From assembly GCA_964448115.1 (NCBI GenBank), contig CAYUVA010000004.1:62001-126000 (forward strand): DNA of 64,000 bases. The letters run 5' to 3'. Both the position numbers and the translations under genes were made by a program. This document shows positions 31,082-39,027 of this stretch, piece by piece (position 1 is the stretch's first letter; every line of letters starts with the position of its first letter). The notes below the pieces were generated by a model. That model was not told the DNA's origin. It worked only from the letters and a program-made list of their open reading frames with translations, and ran no database searches. The DNA comes from an uncultured bacterium. Its GTDB lineage: Bacteria > CAYUVA01.

Positions 31082-32068
31082 ATGAAAAAGGTACTTATTA
31101 CCGGTGCTAGCGGATTCGTTGGCTGGCATCTGGCAGTCCGCTGCCAGAAGGATAGCTCAATAGAGCTGCTCCGGCTGCTGGTGCGCGATGCAGGTAAGCT
31201 CGAATCGATGCGCCAGGATCCCAGGGTCGAACTTTTCACCGGAGATATCACCGATCCGTATTCACTGAGCGGCATTGCCGATGATATCGATACATTCATC
31301 CACTGCGCAGCGATAATCGGCTCAGCGAATATAGACGCCGCGACCTATCATAAGGTAAATGTCGCCGGCACAAAGAACATCGCCGCTGAGGCAGTTACCT
31401 CGAAGAGGCTGCGCAGATTCGTTTATGTTAGCACAGTCGGCGTTTATGGTGATATCAAGGATGAAGTCCCTGATGAAAGCTATCCGCCAAAGCCGACCGA
31501 TGACTACGAGCGCAGCAAGCTTCAGGGCGAACAAGAAGCCAGAAGCATCATCCCATCCGAAAAGCTGGTCGTTGTGCGCCCCACTTGGGTCTATGGACCC
31601 GGCGATAACAGGACCGGCAAGCTGATCGATGCTATAGCTAAAAAGCGCTTCCTCATGGTGGGAAGCGGCATGACCAACGAGCATCCGGTCTATGTCTCGG
31701 ACTTGGCAGAGGGTTTATATTTAGCTGCTACACTCGATGGAGCTAAAGGCATTTATAATATAGGCGGCAATGAGGTGATATCAAAAAATAGGCTTTGCAG
31801 TATTATAGCTGATGCTCTGGGGGTGGCGTATCCAAAGCTCAAGCTGCCTGGGTTCATCGCATCACCCGCTGCTTTGATCTTCGATGCAGCAAGCAGGGTG
31901 CTCTGCCGTGAGATGCCCTTTGACTCAAGGAAACTGGGGTTCTTCATTCGCAACAAGGCTTACAGCATTGAAAGGGCGAAAAATGAGCTTGGCTATAAGC
32001 CCAAGATGACTCTTGAGCAGGGCACCAGGTTGGCGGTAAAGCATTACCTTGAATCAGGAAGGTCATGA
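31082..32068 (+). CDS. NAD-dependent epimerase/dehydratase (extended SDR)
   Basis: ITGASGFVG, YERSK, RPTWVYGPGD; start ATG 31082 or GTG 31079 after GGAAGGA. Confidence 0.9.
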   Translation: MKKVLITGASGFVGWHLAVRCQKDSSIELLRLLVRDAGKLESMRQDPRVELFTGDITDPYSLSGIADDIDTFIHCAAIIGSANIDAATYHKVNVAGTKNIAAEAVTSKRLRRFVYVSTVGVYGDIKDEVPDESYPPKPTDDYERSKLQGEQEARSIIPSEKLVVVRPTWVYGPGDNRTGKLIDAIAKKRFLMVGSGMTNEHPVYVSDLAEGLYLAATLDGAKGIYNIGGNEVISKNRLCSIIADALGVAYPKLKLPGFIASPAALIFDAASRVLCREMPFDSRKLGFFIRNKAYSIERAKNELGYKPKMTLEQGTRLAVKHYLESGRS

Positions 32069-32802
32069 GGCAACGAACCTATAAACATCGGCTTGCATAT
32101 CGGATTTTCACTTATTTTTTTGTGCTTCAACCTTTCGATGCCGCAACATTACAGAACCTCGCCATGCTTGAGGTTACTGCTGATTCCATAGCCTGGGTAA
32201 AAAGAAGCCATGATGGTTGGGTTATCGAGCGATCCTATGCTCCCCAAGATGCAACAAGGGTAGCTCGCTTCAAAACCAGCGGGTGGATACTAGTCCCCAC
32301 CGCATATTTCAGCGTATTCTTGTGGCTCAGGTTACTCAACCTGTGCAAGGTCTCCCTGCTCAACGCAAGAGGCGAGGCTTGTAGCATTCGACCAAGGCCC
32401 TATAGTTTCTTTGCCTCGCAATTTTACTACTTTATACGCCATCGATATCGCCGGCTGCGAGATTACCTGCTCGAGGTGATCTATGGTAAACGGCGGATGC
32501 CTGGATGGCTTGCAGGTTTTGCGATCCCGCTGGCAAGGCTTTCTAGGTTTTTCCTCGATATCTCAGCGCGATTGTTGAATTTGCTGCTTGCGCCTTATGT
32601 TGGCGGTAGCGGCAGCCTCAGCTCACTGAAAGGGGGGTTCTTGCTCGCCTTGATTGGATTTGCCAGGGGAGTAGGTCTGTTATTATATGCATTTTTAGTC
32701 ATTCCTTTGTTAATGGTCATGTTGGGATTTATATCCTTATTCTTCTTGGTCTCTCGGCTCATAACAAGAAAGGGAAAGATCCAGGTAGGAGGCGGTTGTT
32801 GA
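32065..32802 (+). CDS. Hypothetical membrane protein
   Basis: Overlaps both neighbours; hydrophobic C-terminal helices; no recognised motif. Confidence 0.6.
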   Translation: MRQRTYKHRLAYRIFTYFFVLQPFDAATLQNLAMLEVTADSIAWVKRSHDGWVIERSYAPQDATRVARFKTSGWILVPTAYFSVFLWLRLLNLCKVSLLNARGEACSIRPRPYSFFASQFYYFIRHRYRRLRDYLLEVIYGKRRMPGWLAGFAIPLARLSRFFLDISARLLNLLLAPYVGGSGSLSSLKGGFLLALIGFARGVGLLLYAFLVIPLLMVMLGFISLFFLVSRLITRKGKIQVGGGC

Positions 32803-33782
32803 GTCTTCTTCAGCCTTTACAGTTGAGTACCTGCACACTTAAGAACAATATCCTCCTGGCACCGATGGATGGGATAACCAATGCTCCCTTTCGATTACTT
32901 TGCTTCGAGTTCGGCGCGGGAGCCACCTATACCGAGATGATAAACGCGGTTGCCCTAAGCAGGAGGGTTCCGGCTACCATGGCGAGAATTGAGCGAGCTG
33001 ATGGCGAGGGTATTGTTATCGCTCAGTTATCAGGCAGAGAGCCGGGATCTTTTTTCAAAGCTGCGCTTGTTTTGGAAGAGGCTGGCTTCAATGGGATCGA
33101 TATCAACATGGGGTGTCCAGCTAAGCGCATTGCAGGCAAGGGCTGTGGCGCTGCTCTTCTAAGGGAACCGAAGCTAGCGCTTGAGATAGTTCATGCCGTA
33201 GTGGAGGCGGTAAAGCTGCCAGTTACTATCAAGCTGCGCAGCGGATGGGATGAGGACACGATAAACGGGCTGTCGATTTGCACAGAAGCGCAGCGCCTTG
33301 GCATCGCTGGCGTAGCTCTACATCCCCGCACGAAAAAGCAGGGCTTCGGTGGCAAGGCTGACTGGAGCCTGATAGGCGAATTCAAGGAGGCTCTTAGTAT
33401 TCCGGTGATCGGTAGCGGCGACCTTTTTACTCCCCAGGATGTGCAGCGAATGCTCAAAGAGACCGGCTGCGACGGGGTCATGATCGCACGCGGAGCCATC
33501 GGAAATCCGTGGATATTCAACCAGACCATCGAGCTGCTTGAAAGCGGTGGAACATGCCCGGTAGTAAATGCTGGGTTACGGGAGCGGTTGCGGGTGGTTC
33601 TCAGGCATCTTGAGCTATTGGAACAGCATATAAAATACCGGGTAGCCGGGCGCTTCAAGTATCATGTCAAGGGTTATTTCAAGGGATTAACCGGCGCATC
33701 GAGGCTGCGTAACGATTTATACAAGTGCAAAGAGGTTGCTGCCATGAAGGAGATTCTTTTATCCTATTTCAGAAATTATTAA
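32796..33782 (+). CDS. dusB: tRNA-dihydrouridine synthase, DusB type
   Basis: LAPMDG, IDINMGCP, KLRSGWD, HPRT, DGVMIARGAIGNPWIF. Confidence 0.92.
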   Translation: MLSLLQPLQLSTCTLKNNILLAPMDGITNAPFRLLCFEFGAGATYTEMINAVALSRRVPATMARIERADGEGIVIAQLSGREPGSFFKAALVLEEAGFNGIDINMGCPAKRIAGKGCGAALLREPKLALEIVHAVVEAVKLPVTIKLRSGWDEDTINGLSICTEAQRLGIAGVALHPRTKKQGFGGKADWSLIGEFKEALSIPVIGSGDLFTPQDVQRMLKETGCDGVMIARGAIGNPWIFNQTIELLESGGTCPVVNAGLRERLRVVLRHLELLEQHIKYRVAGRFKYHVKGYFKGLTGASRLRNDLYKCKEVAAMKEILLSYFRNY

Positions 33783-33872
33783 TAATATTATCAATTCCTG
33801 CTGGATAAATTCTTCAAGGCTGGAAAAATTGTCAATGGATGTAGAGTGAAAATATGTATATAATAAATATAT

Positions 33873-35279
33873 ATGAGCGAAAAGGATCACAGAACCCAAA
33901 AGGCTGGCGGTGAAAGGATACTGGTAGTCGATGATGAGGAGTCGATTCGAAGGGTTCTCTCGGTCATCCTGAGCAAGGAGAACTTCCTGGTCGATGTAGC
34001 CTCAGGTGGGGTAGAGGCGATAAAGAAAGCCTCATACAATACTTATGATCTGGTGATCTGCGATATTCGTATGTCAGAGATGGATGGCTTCAAGGTGCTG
34101 AATGAGCTAAAGAAGCTCCCCAATGCGCCAACGGTTATATTGATGACCGCCTTTGGCAGCCTGGAGACGGCTATCGAGGCGATCCGATCTGGAGCTTACG
34201 ACTACTTCTCCAAGCCGATCAATGCTAAGGAGATGCTGCATAGGGTTTTTAAGGCGCTTGAACAGCGCAATCTAAGCAAGGACTTCGAGAGTCTCAATGA
34301 GGAATTCCAAAGAAGGTACGGCTTGGATAATATCATCGGCAAAAGCTCCCTAATGCAAGAGATCTACTGCAAGGTGTTGCGTGTAGCCCGCTACAAGAGC
34401 ACAGTGCTCATCAGCGGTGAAAGCGGTACAGGTAAGGAGCTTGTAGCCAGAGCCATCCACTACCACTCATCTCGTTCTAATAAAAGGTTTTTGGCTATCA
34501 ACTGCGGTGCTCTTCCAGGCGATCTGTTGGAGAGCGAGCTATTCGGTCATGTTAAGGGTGCCTTCTCTGGTGCTATAGTAACCAAGCGTGGTCTATTCGA
34601 GGAGGCGAATGGTGGCACGCTGCTGCTCGATGAGGTGGGAGAGCTATGTCCATCATCTCAGGTTAAGCTTTTACGGGTGCTTCAGGAAGGTGAGGTCAGG
34701 CGTGTGGGTGGTAACGAGATGATCAATATCGATGTAAGAGTGATAGCCTCTACGGAGAAAGACCTGAGTGAGGAGGTTACCCGTGGCACCTTCAGGGAAG
34801 GCTTGTACTACAGGCTGAATGTGGTATCTATTCATATCCCCCCGCTGCGTGCCCGCAAGGAGGATATACCTCTTCTGGTGAAGCATTTTATAGAGAAATA
34901 CTGCCGCGAGAATAATCGCCCCTTGCTTGACTTTTCCAAGGAAGCGCTTGAGATGGTAATGGACTACCAGTGGCCGGGCAATGTGCGCGAGCTGGAGAAT
35001 GCCATAGAGAGGGCAGTGGTGCTTGCCGATGGAAGCAGCATCACACCAAGAGATCTCCCCCTTCATATAACTGAGATGCAAAAAAAGATAACCGTCTCCA
35101 TTCCCGAGAGTTATTATAACCTGAAGAAGGTGCTGGTAGATGTTACCAGCACAGTAGAGAAACAGATGATCTTGCGCGCCCTCCGAAAGACCGAAGGAAA
35201 CCGCACCAGGGCTGCCCGGCTGCTCGGCATATCCCATAGATCACTCATGTACAAGATAAAGGATTACGAAATAAACTAA
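33873..35279 (+). CDS. Sigma54-dependent response regulator (NtrC/AtoC/PilR family)
   Basis: Receiver domain (VVDDE, CDIRM), GESGTGKE, ESELFGH.KGAFSGA, WPGNVRELEN, Fis HTH. Confidence 0.95.
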   Translation: MSEKDHRTQKAGGERILVVDDEESIRRVLSVILSKENFLVDVASGGVEAIKKASYNTYDLVICDIRMSEMDGFKVLNELKKLPNAPTVILMTAFGSLETAIEAIRSGAYDYFSKPINAKEMLHRVFKALEQRNLSKDFESLNEEFQRRYGLDNIIGKSSLMQEIYCKVLRVARYKSTVLISGESGTGKELVARAIHYHSSRSNKRFLAINCGALPGDLLESELFGHVKGAFSGAIVTKRGLFEEANGGTLLLDEVGELCPSSQVKLLRVLQEGEVRRVGGNEMINIDVRVIASTEKDLSEEVTRGTFREGLYYRLNVVSIHIPPLRARKEDIPLLVKHFIEKYCRENNRPLLDFSKEALEMVMDYQWPGNVRELENAIERAVVLADGSSITPRDLPLHITEMQKKITVSIPESYYNLKKVLVDVTSTVEKQMILRALRKTEGNRTRAARLLGISHRSLMYKIKDYEIN

Positions 35280-35313
35280 GTCCCCGTAGCCGCAAACAAC
35301 AAACCCTGTCAGC

Positions 35314-35382
35314 CCGAGCGGAGTCCCGATTTTTTAAGAAAAATCGGGACAACTCGGTAGCGCTGACATCGTCAGCGCTACC
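35314..35382. repeat. Two adjacent hairpins (REP-like or terminator)
   Basis: GTCCCGATTTTT/AAAAATCGGGAC (35323-35350) inside CCGAG/CTCGG; perfect GGTAGCGCTGAC-ATC-GTCAGCGCTACC (35356-35382). Confidence 0.75.
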
Positions 35383-35567
35383 TTGCTCCTTTGTGAAATG
35401 GTTAATGTTAGGAGTAACCTCTAAGGAGTGATTCTTATTATTAAGCCCAGCGCAAGCCGGTGTGGAACTCGTAATGACAGTTTAGGATTGAAAATTATCA
35501 CACGCGAAAGTGCATTATCACTAGGAAAGCAATCAAAACAGTAATCAATTGTAGTCCTTGCTATCTT

Positions 35568-35596
35568 TTGATGATAATAAGTATAAGTACTATAAT
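35568..35596 (+). promoter_or_regulatory. Sigma70 promoter, probably giving a leaderless mRNA
   Basis: TTGATG-N17-TATAAT, 6 nt before ATG 35603, no SD. Confidence 0.55.
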
Positions 35597-35602
35597 GTGT
35601 TT

Positions 35603-37477
35603 ATGAGATTTCGTAAAATAACATTGGTGTCAGTGGTATTACTCTTTGTATTTCATCAAGTTGCTACCGTTGATGCAGCCGATGTTCAAGGCAGCGCTTA
35701 CCTTATAGATGAAATAAATCATGCCGGGATCTGCGTAACCATTGCAGATCTCGACTTTGTACCCACTCTCGGTTGGGTGGGGATTTTAATGCTATTGATC
35801 GCATTGAGTATATTGATCTTACGCACCGAGCGAAAGAGATTTTATCTTCCAATATCGATAATATTAATCGCTCAAAGCTTTCTCGGAGCAGCGTTTATCA
35901 GAAGCACTGTAACTAACTATTATGGGGTTTACAGCTTCGATGACATTCCAGAGGGTGAATATCGGCTCAGCGCTTATATGTATCGTGGTTATACCAATGC
36001 AGCAATACCCAGGATCCATGTTCCACAAGATGGAGTAGTTCAGGCTCCGAGGATGCTGCTTTATCCCCATACACCGACCAATACAGCCACTTGGACAAGG
36101 ACACCGACTCCAACTGCAACCAGCACGCCTTCTGCAACTATGACGCGAACCTCGACACCAACTGCGACAATCACCCCGAGCCGTACACCTACTGCGACAA
36201 TCACCCCGACCTTTATTCCCACCAGTACCCCAGTCCATTCGAGCACACCGACTAGCACCCCAACTATACATCTCGCCCCGACATCTACTCCAACTGGAAC
36301 CAGTACAGAGATCCCAACCAACACACCAACTGCGACATTTACCCAACCGCCTACTAGTCAGAAATGGATAAAGGTTATCGGGGGTGTGGGCAGCAATGAT
36401 GGGGCATACTCTGTGGCATGTACAAACGATGGCGGTTATATAGTTGCAGGCTATACGGGAATATCGGGGAATACAGATGTATGGGTGATAAAACTGGACG
36501 CTTCGGGAAATGTGCAGTGGAATCGTGCTTACGGGGGAAGCGGAAATGATGAGGGATATTCAATTATACAGACGCAGGATGGCGGTTATGCAATAGCAGG
36601 ATATACTCGTTCCTACGGCGCTGGTCAAAGTGATATCTGGGTAATAAAAACCGACAACCAGGGCAATATGCAGTGGAATAAAACTATCGGGGGAGCGGAG
36701 TGGGATAAGGCTTACGGAATAATCCAGACGAGCGATATGGGATACTTGGTTAGTGGAAATGTTAATAATCCTTCGAACGCTTGTTTGATCAAACTTAGTC
36801 ATTCTGGAGATCTTGTTTTCAATAAGAATTATGGCGGCTCAGATACCGAATGCTTTTATGAAGTAATTCAGATTCCTAATGATGATTTTGTTGCTATTGG
36901 CTTTACGACCTCTTATGGGCAAGGCTCCCAAGATTTCTATTTAGTGAGGTGCGAACAGAATGGCAACAAGTTGTGGCAGAGAACCTTTGGAGGGATTTCA
37001 ATTGATTGGGGAAGAAGTCTAAAATATACGAATGATGATGGATTTATATGTATCGGACATACAAGTTCCTTCGGGGTTAGCATAAGAGATATATTTCTTG
37101 TAAAAACTAATCATAATGGTGAAATTGTATGGCAGAAAACTATGGGGGGCGCATTTCATGATTGTGGATATTATGTTGACATAATAAATAATAATGGATT
37201 CATTTTAACCGGTTGGTCTACTTCATTCTCTGAAACCCAGGATGTTTTTCTCATTAAGACCGATGCCAATGGCGAAGCAGTATGGGGAAAACTATTCGAT
37301 TATAATAACTACCAGGATATAGGACATTGTGTGAAAAACACTCCTGATGGTGGTTATATCATCGCTGGAAGGACTAGCTTCAATGGTGGGTGTGCTTTTA
37401 TAATAAAGACTGATTCTGAGGGGAATATCGACCATAATATAGGGGTAAAGGATTTGAATATGAATTTGTTGGAGTAA
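35603..37477 (+). CDS. Exported protein: carboxypeptidase-regulatory-like domain interrupted by an IPTL-like TM hairpin, Thr/Pro linker, C-terminal beta-propeller repeats
   Basis: Signal [28 protein letters not shown]; repeats W.K..GG...D......T.DGGY..AG.T. Confidence 0.85.
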   Translation: MRFRKITLVSVVLLFVFHQVATVDAADVQGSAYLIDEINHAGICVTIADLDFVPTLGWVGILMLLIALSILILRTERKRFYLPISIILIAQSFLGAAFIRSTVTNYYGVYSFDDIPEGEYRLSAYMYRGYTNAAIPRIHVPQDGVVQAPRMLLYPHTPTNTATWTRTPTPTATSTPSATMTRTSTPTATITPSRTPTATITPTFIPTSTPVHSSTPTSTPTIHLAPTSTPTGTSTEIPTNTPTATFTQPPTSQKWIKVIGGVGSNDGAYSVACTNDGGYIVAGYTGISGNTDVWVIKLDASGNVQWNRAYGGSGNDEGYSIIQTQDGGYAIAGYTRSYGAGQSDIWVIKTDNQGNMQWNKTIGGAEWDKAYGIIQTSDMGYLVSGNVNNPSNACLIKLSHSGDLVFNKNYGGSDTECFYEVIQIPNDDFVAIGFTTSYGQGSQDFYLVRCEQNGNKLWQRTFGGISIDWGRSLKYTNDDGFICIGHTSSFGVSIRDIFLVKTNHNGEIVWQKTMGGAFHDCGYYVDIINNNGFILTGWSTSFSETQDVFLIKTDANGEAVWGKLFDYNNYQDIGHCVKNTPDGGYIIAGRTSFNGGCAFIIKTDSEGNIDHNIGVKDLNMNLLE

Positions 37478-37617
37478 TATCGCCCTTGATCTGGCGTTTG
37501 CATGTTTTCTTTTTTTGTTTTATATGTTATAGTAGGTTGGTAAATACAGTATTGATCCTTGAAAAGATAGGTCCTATCCGAAGCGATTTTAGTCGAGTAA
37601 TTGGTGCTGAAAAACGC

Positions 37618-37727
37618 TTGACATAACTTTTTGGATATGCTTTAATAGTTACCGAGAGATAAAAAGATCCTGCAAGGAGGGAAAATCCAACTTTTTCCTT
37701 GACTTGACGGGTTGAAAGCGATAAGCT
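37618..37727 (+). promoter_or_regulatory. Tandem sigma70-like promoters
   Basis: TTGACA-N17-TTTAAT with TGn (37618-37646); TTGACT-N17-TAAGCT (37699-37727). Confidence 0.55.
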
Positions 37728-37846
37728 ATAGGTTAGCTAATGGAAGTAAAAGGAAATAATCCTCGAAGGGCTTTGGATCTCCAGAGCTTTCAAGAGGTGT
37801 TGACAAGGAGAACTTTTAAATCTTTCTTAAGGAGGATAGTAGGAAA

Positions 37847-38407
37847 ATGAAGAAAACCATGGTTCTCACTTTTGCCCTACTTATTCTGAGCACAGGAATG
37901 GCTTTTGCTGTCGAGAAGGACTTTACCGCCCCGGCAAGCAATGTAATGGCTTACATAGCCTCCATAGCCAAGAATGTGGATCAGAACAGCGTCTCCTTTG
38001 AGCAACTGGCTCAGCAGTTCATCTGGAACAATGCTGAGAAGGTTAGCGTCAAGGGTGATGCAAAGGGACCGAATCGTCCGTTCATCTATGTCGGCGGTTA
38101 CTGGGACACCCAGGTAAGCTGGAGCGAGGGCGGATACCTCCGCTTTATCGTCTATGTAACAGACCCCGACGGACCGCAGAACACAGAGATTAGGGAAGTT
38201 CGCGTTTACTTCGGCGGACAGCCGACCGAGCTTCTACTCCTGGACAATGGTCAGTCCGGTGATTTCGCAGCCGGCGATGGCGTCTATGGATTCCACATGG
38301 ATGTCCCGCCCGAGACTCTGCCTGCCGGACAGTATCTGCTCGAGGTAGTCGCAACCGATGTTGACGGCAACACGAGCGACATGTGGCCCTATCTAACCAT
38401 TAACTAG
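37847..38407 (+). CDS. Exported protein made mainly of one 'WPYL' domain (choice-of-anchor-X-like DNG..GD..AGDG.Y motif)
   Basis: AAGGAGGA RBS, signal peptide ending AFA, ends SDMWPYLTIN. Confidence 0.88.
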   Translation: MKKTMVLTFALLILSTGMAFAVEKDFTAPASNVMAYIASIAKNVDQNSVSFEQLAQQFIWNNAEKVSVKGDAKGPNRPFIYVGGYWDTQVSWSEGGYLRFIVYVTDPDGPQNTEIREVRVYFGGQPTELLLLDNGQSGDFAAGDGVYGFHMDVPPETLPAGQYLLEVVATDVDGNTSDMWPYLTIN

Positions 38408-38434
38408 AAAAAGCCAGCTAAAGACTGCTAGCAG

Positions 38435-39019
38435 TTGAGCTTTAGAGGTTTAATCGCAATCCTCGCTGTAGCCCTGATAGGAATCATCGGCTGCAGCGGG
38501 GATTCTTCGTCAGACAACAATCCAACCGCTACCCCCACGCCTACCAATACGCCTGCAACAGGCACGCCATCTCCTTCACCTACCGGCGTCCATGTCGGCG
38601 ACAGAGCAGCCGATTTCAGCGCTACCGATGCAGATGGCGTAATGCATACCCTACATCAGTACGAGGGGAATGTCATCCTGCTCAACCTGTCAGCGATGTG
38701 GTGTATCCCCTGCCAGGAGGAGGCGCCGCTTATCGAAAACCTCTGGCAGACTTACAGAGAGAGCGGATTTGTCGCTATCTCCGTCCTGATAGAGGATTAC
38801 TTCGGCGCGGATCCTGATGCTGAGGACCTAAACGCCTGGATACAGACCTACGGGTTGACTTATCTGGTTCTGGGGGACTCGGATCATGCGGTCTGGTTCC
38901 TGTACGAGGGCAATAATGTCCCCTTGAACCTGGTGCTCGACCGCGATCTTGTTATCCGCCACCGCCAGGAGGATTTCGACCTGGAAGCAATCAGCGCCAT
39001 GATAGAGGATCTCCTGTAA
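38435..39019 (+). CDS. Lipoprotein TlpA/redoxin with Thr/Pro linker
   Basis: Lipobox IIGC, TPTPT linker, AMWCIPC, VPLNLVLDRD. Confidence 0.85.
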   Translation: MSFRGLIAILAVALIGIIGCSGDSSSDNNPTATPTPTNTPATGTPSPSPTGVHVGDRAADFSATDADGVMHTLHQYEGNVILLNLSAMWCIPCQEEAPLIENLWQTYRESGFVAISVLIEDYFGADPDAEDLNAWIQTYGLTYLVLGDSDHAVWFLYEGNNVPLNLVLDRDLVIRHRQEDFDLEAISAMIEDLL

Positions 39020-39027
39020 GCTCCCCC

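Noticed and set aside
30849-31299. Minus-strand ORFs with HGITVSRY repeats
   Set aside because: Translation of the octamer repeat, antisense to real genes.
38690-38720. Selenocysteine in redoxin active sites
   Set aside because: All three thioredoxin-fold genes have ordinary CxxC codons; no in-frame TGA.
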